From positions 360,390-424,389 of the forward strand of contig NW_019218043.1 of assembly GCF_002571385.2 (NCBI RefSeq): a stretch of DNA of 64,000 nucleotides, given 5' to 3'. Every line of letters starts with the position of its first letter. Position 1 is the stretch's first letter. Positions 63,869 to 64,000 of the stretch are shown in pieces. Made by a program: the position numbers and the translations under genes. Origin of the DNA: Stylophora pistillata (taxonomy: Eukaryota). The notes under the pieces were generated by a model. The model had not been told where the DNA came from. It searched no databases and saw nothing but the letters and a program-made list of their open reading frames with translations.

Positions 63869-64000
63869 GAGCTCCGACGAAGGGCTAATGCTCGAAACGT
63901 CAGCTTTTGTAATCATTACGGTGGCTAATTTACCATTTCAACTTTGTTGATATATCCAAATTATTTCGTTACTCCCACCGAGGCAGCCCTAAACAGTTTC
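63869..64000 (+). mobile_element. Penelope-like terminal repeat with a degenerate hammerhead core; related copies at ~5605-5745, ~8740-8872 and ~20720-20780(-)
   Basis: CCGACGA-agggctaatgctc-GAAAC-GTC followed by tacggtgg...ttgata...ccaaatta...ctcccaccga, shared among the copies. Confidence 0.55.

Overview
AT-rich, intron-containing animal DNA from a gapped short-read scaffold. The repeat complement suggests a cnidarian, probably a stony coral (inference). No prokaryotic features are present. Most real genes are spliced and only partly visible in the ORF track. I reconstructed exons by hand. (1) A secreted W-R7/TSP1/EGF protein at 1355. (2) A + strand mucin-like/CUB repeat gene built from a ~2 kb exon-intron module (3.2-12.7 kb). 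(3) A 9-exon minus-strand type I receptor of 726 codons (21201-13665) with signal peptide, four L1/neuroglian-like Ig domains, a TM helix and a tail with 11 Tyr docking motifs. It has an in-frame TAA in Ig1 and a diverged second copy of its TM and tail exons. (4) Two RING-less TRAF6-like MATH genes with matching exon structure (~25-27 kb, ~56-62.6 kb). (5) A heavily decayed, multi-copy NACHT/LRR-like relic region (37.5-53 kb). (6) A nested inverted duplication of a Helitron-like fragment carrying a THAP transposon and its in-situ MITE derivative (27.7-37.2 kb). SINEs, MITEs, palindromic elements, a solo LTR and hammerhead-like relics are also present. The best candidate for an undescribed system is a clustered innate-immune/recognition module: a hemolin-like 4-Ig receptor with a variable phosphotyrosine tail next to RING-less TRAF adaptors.
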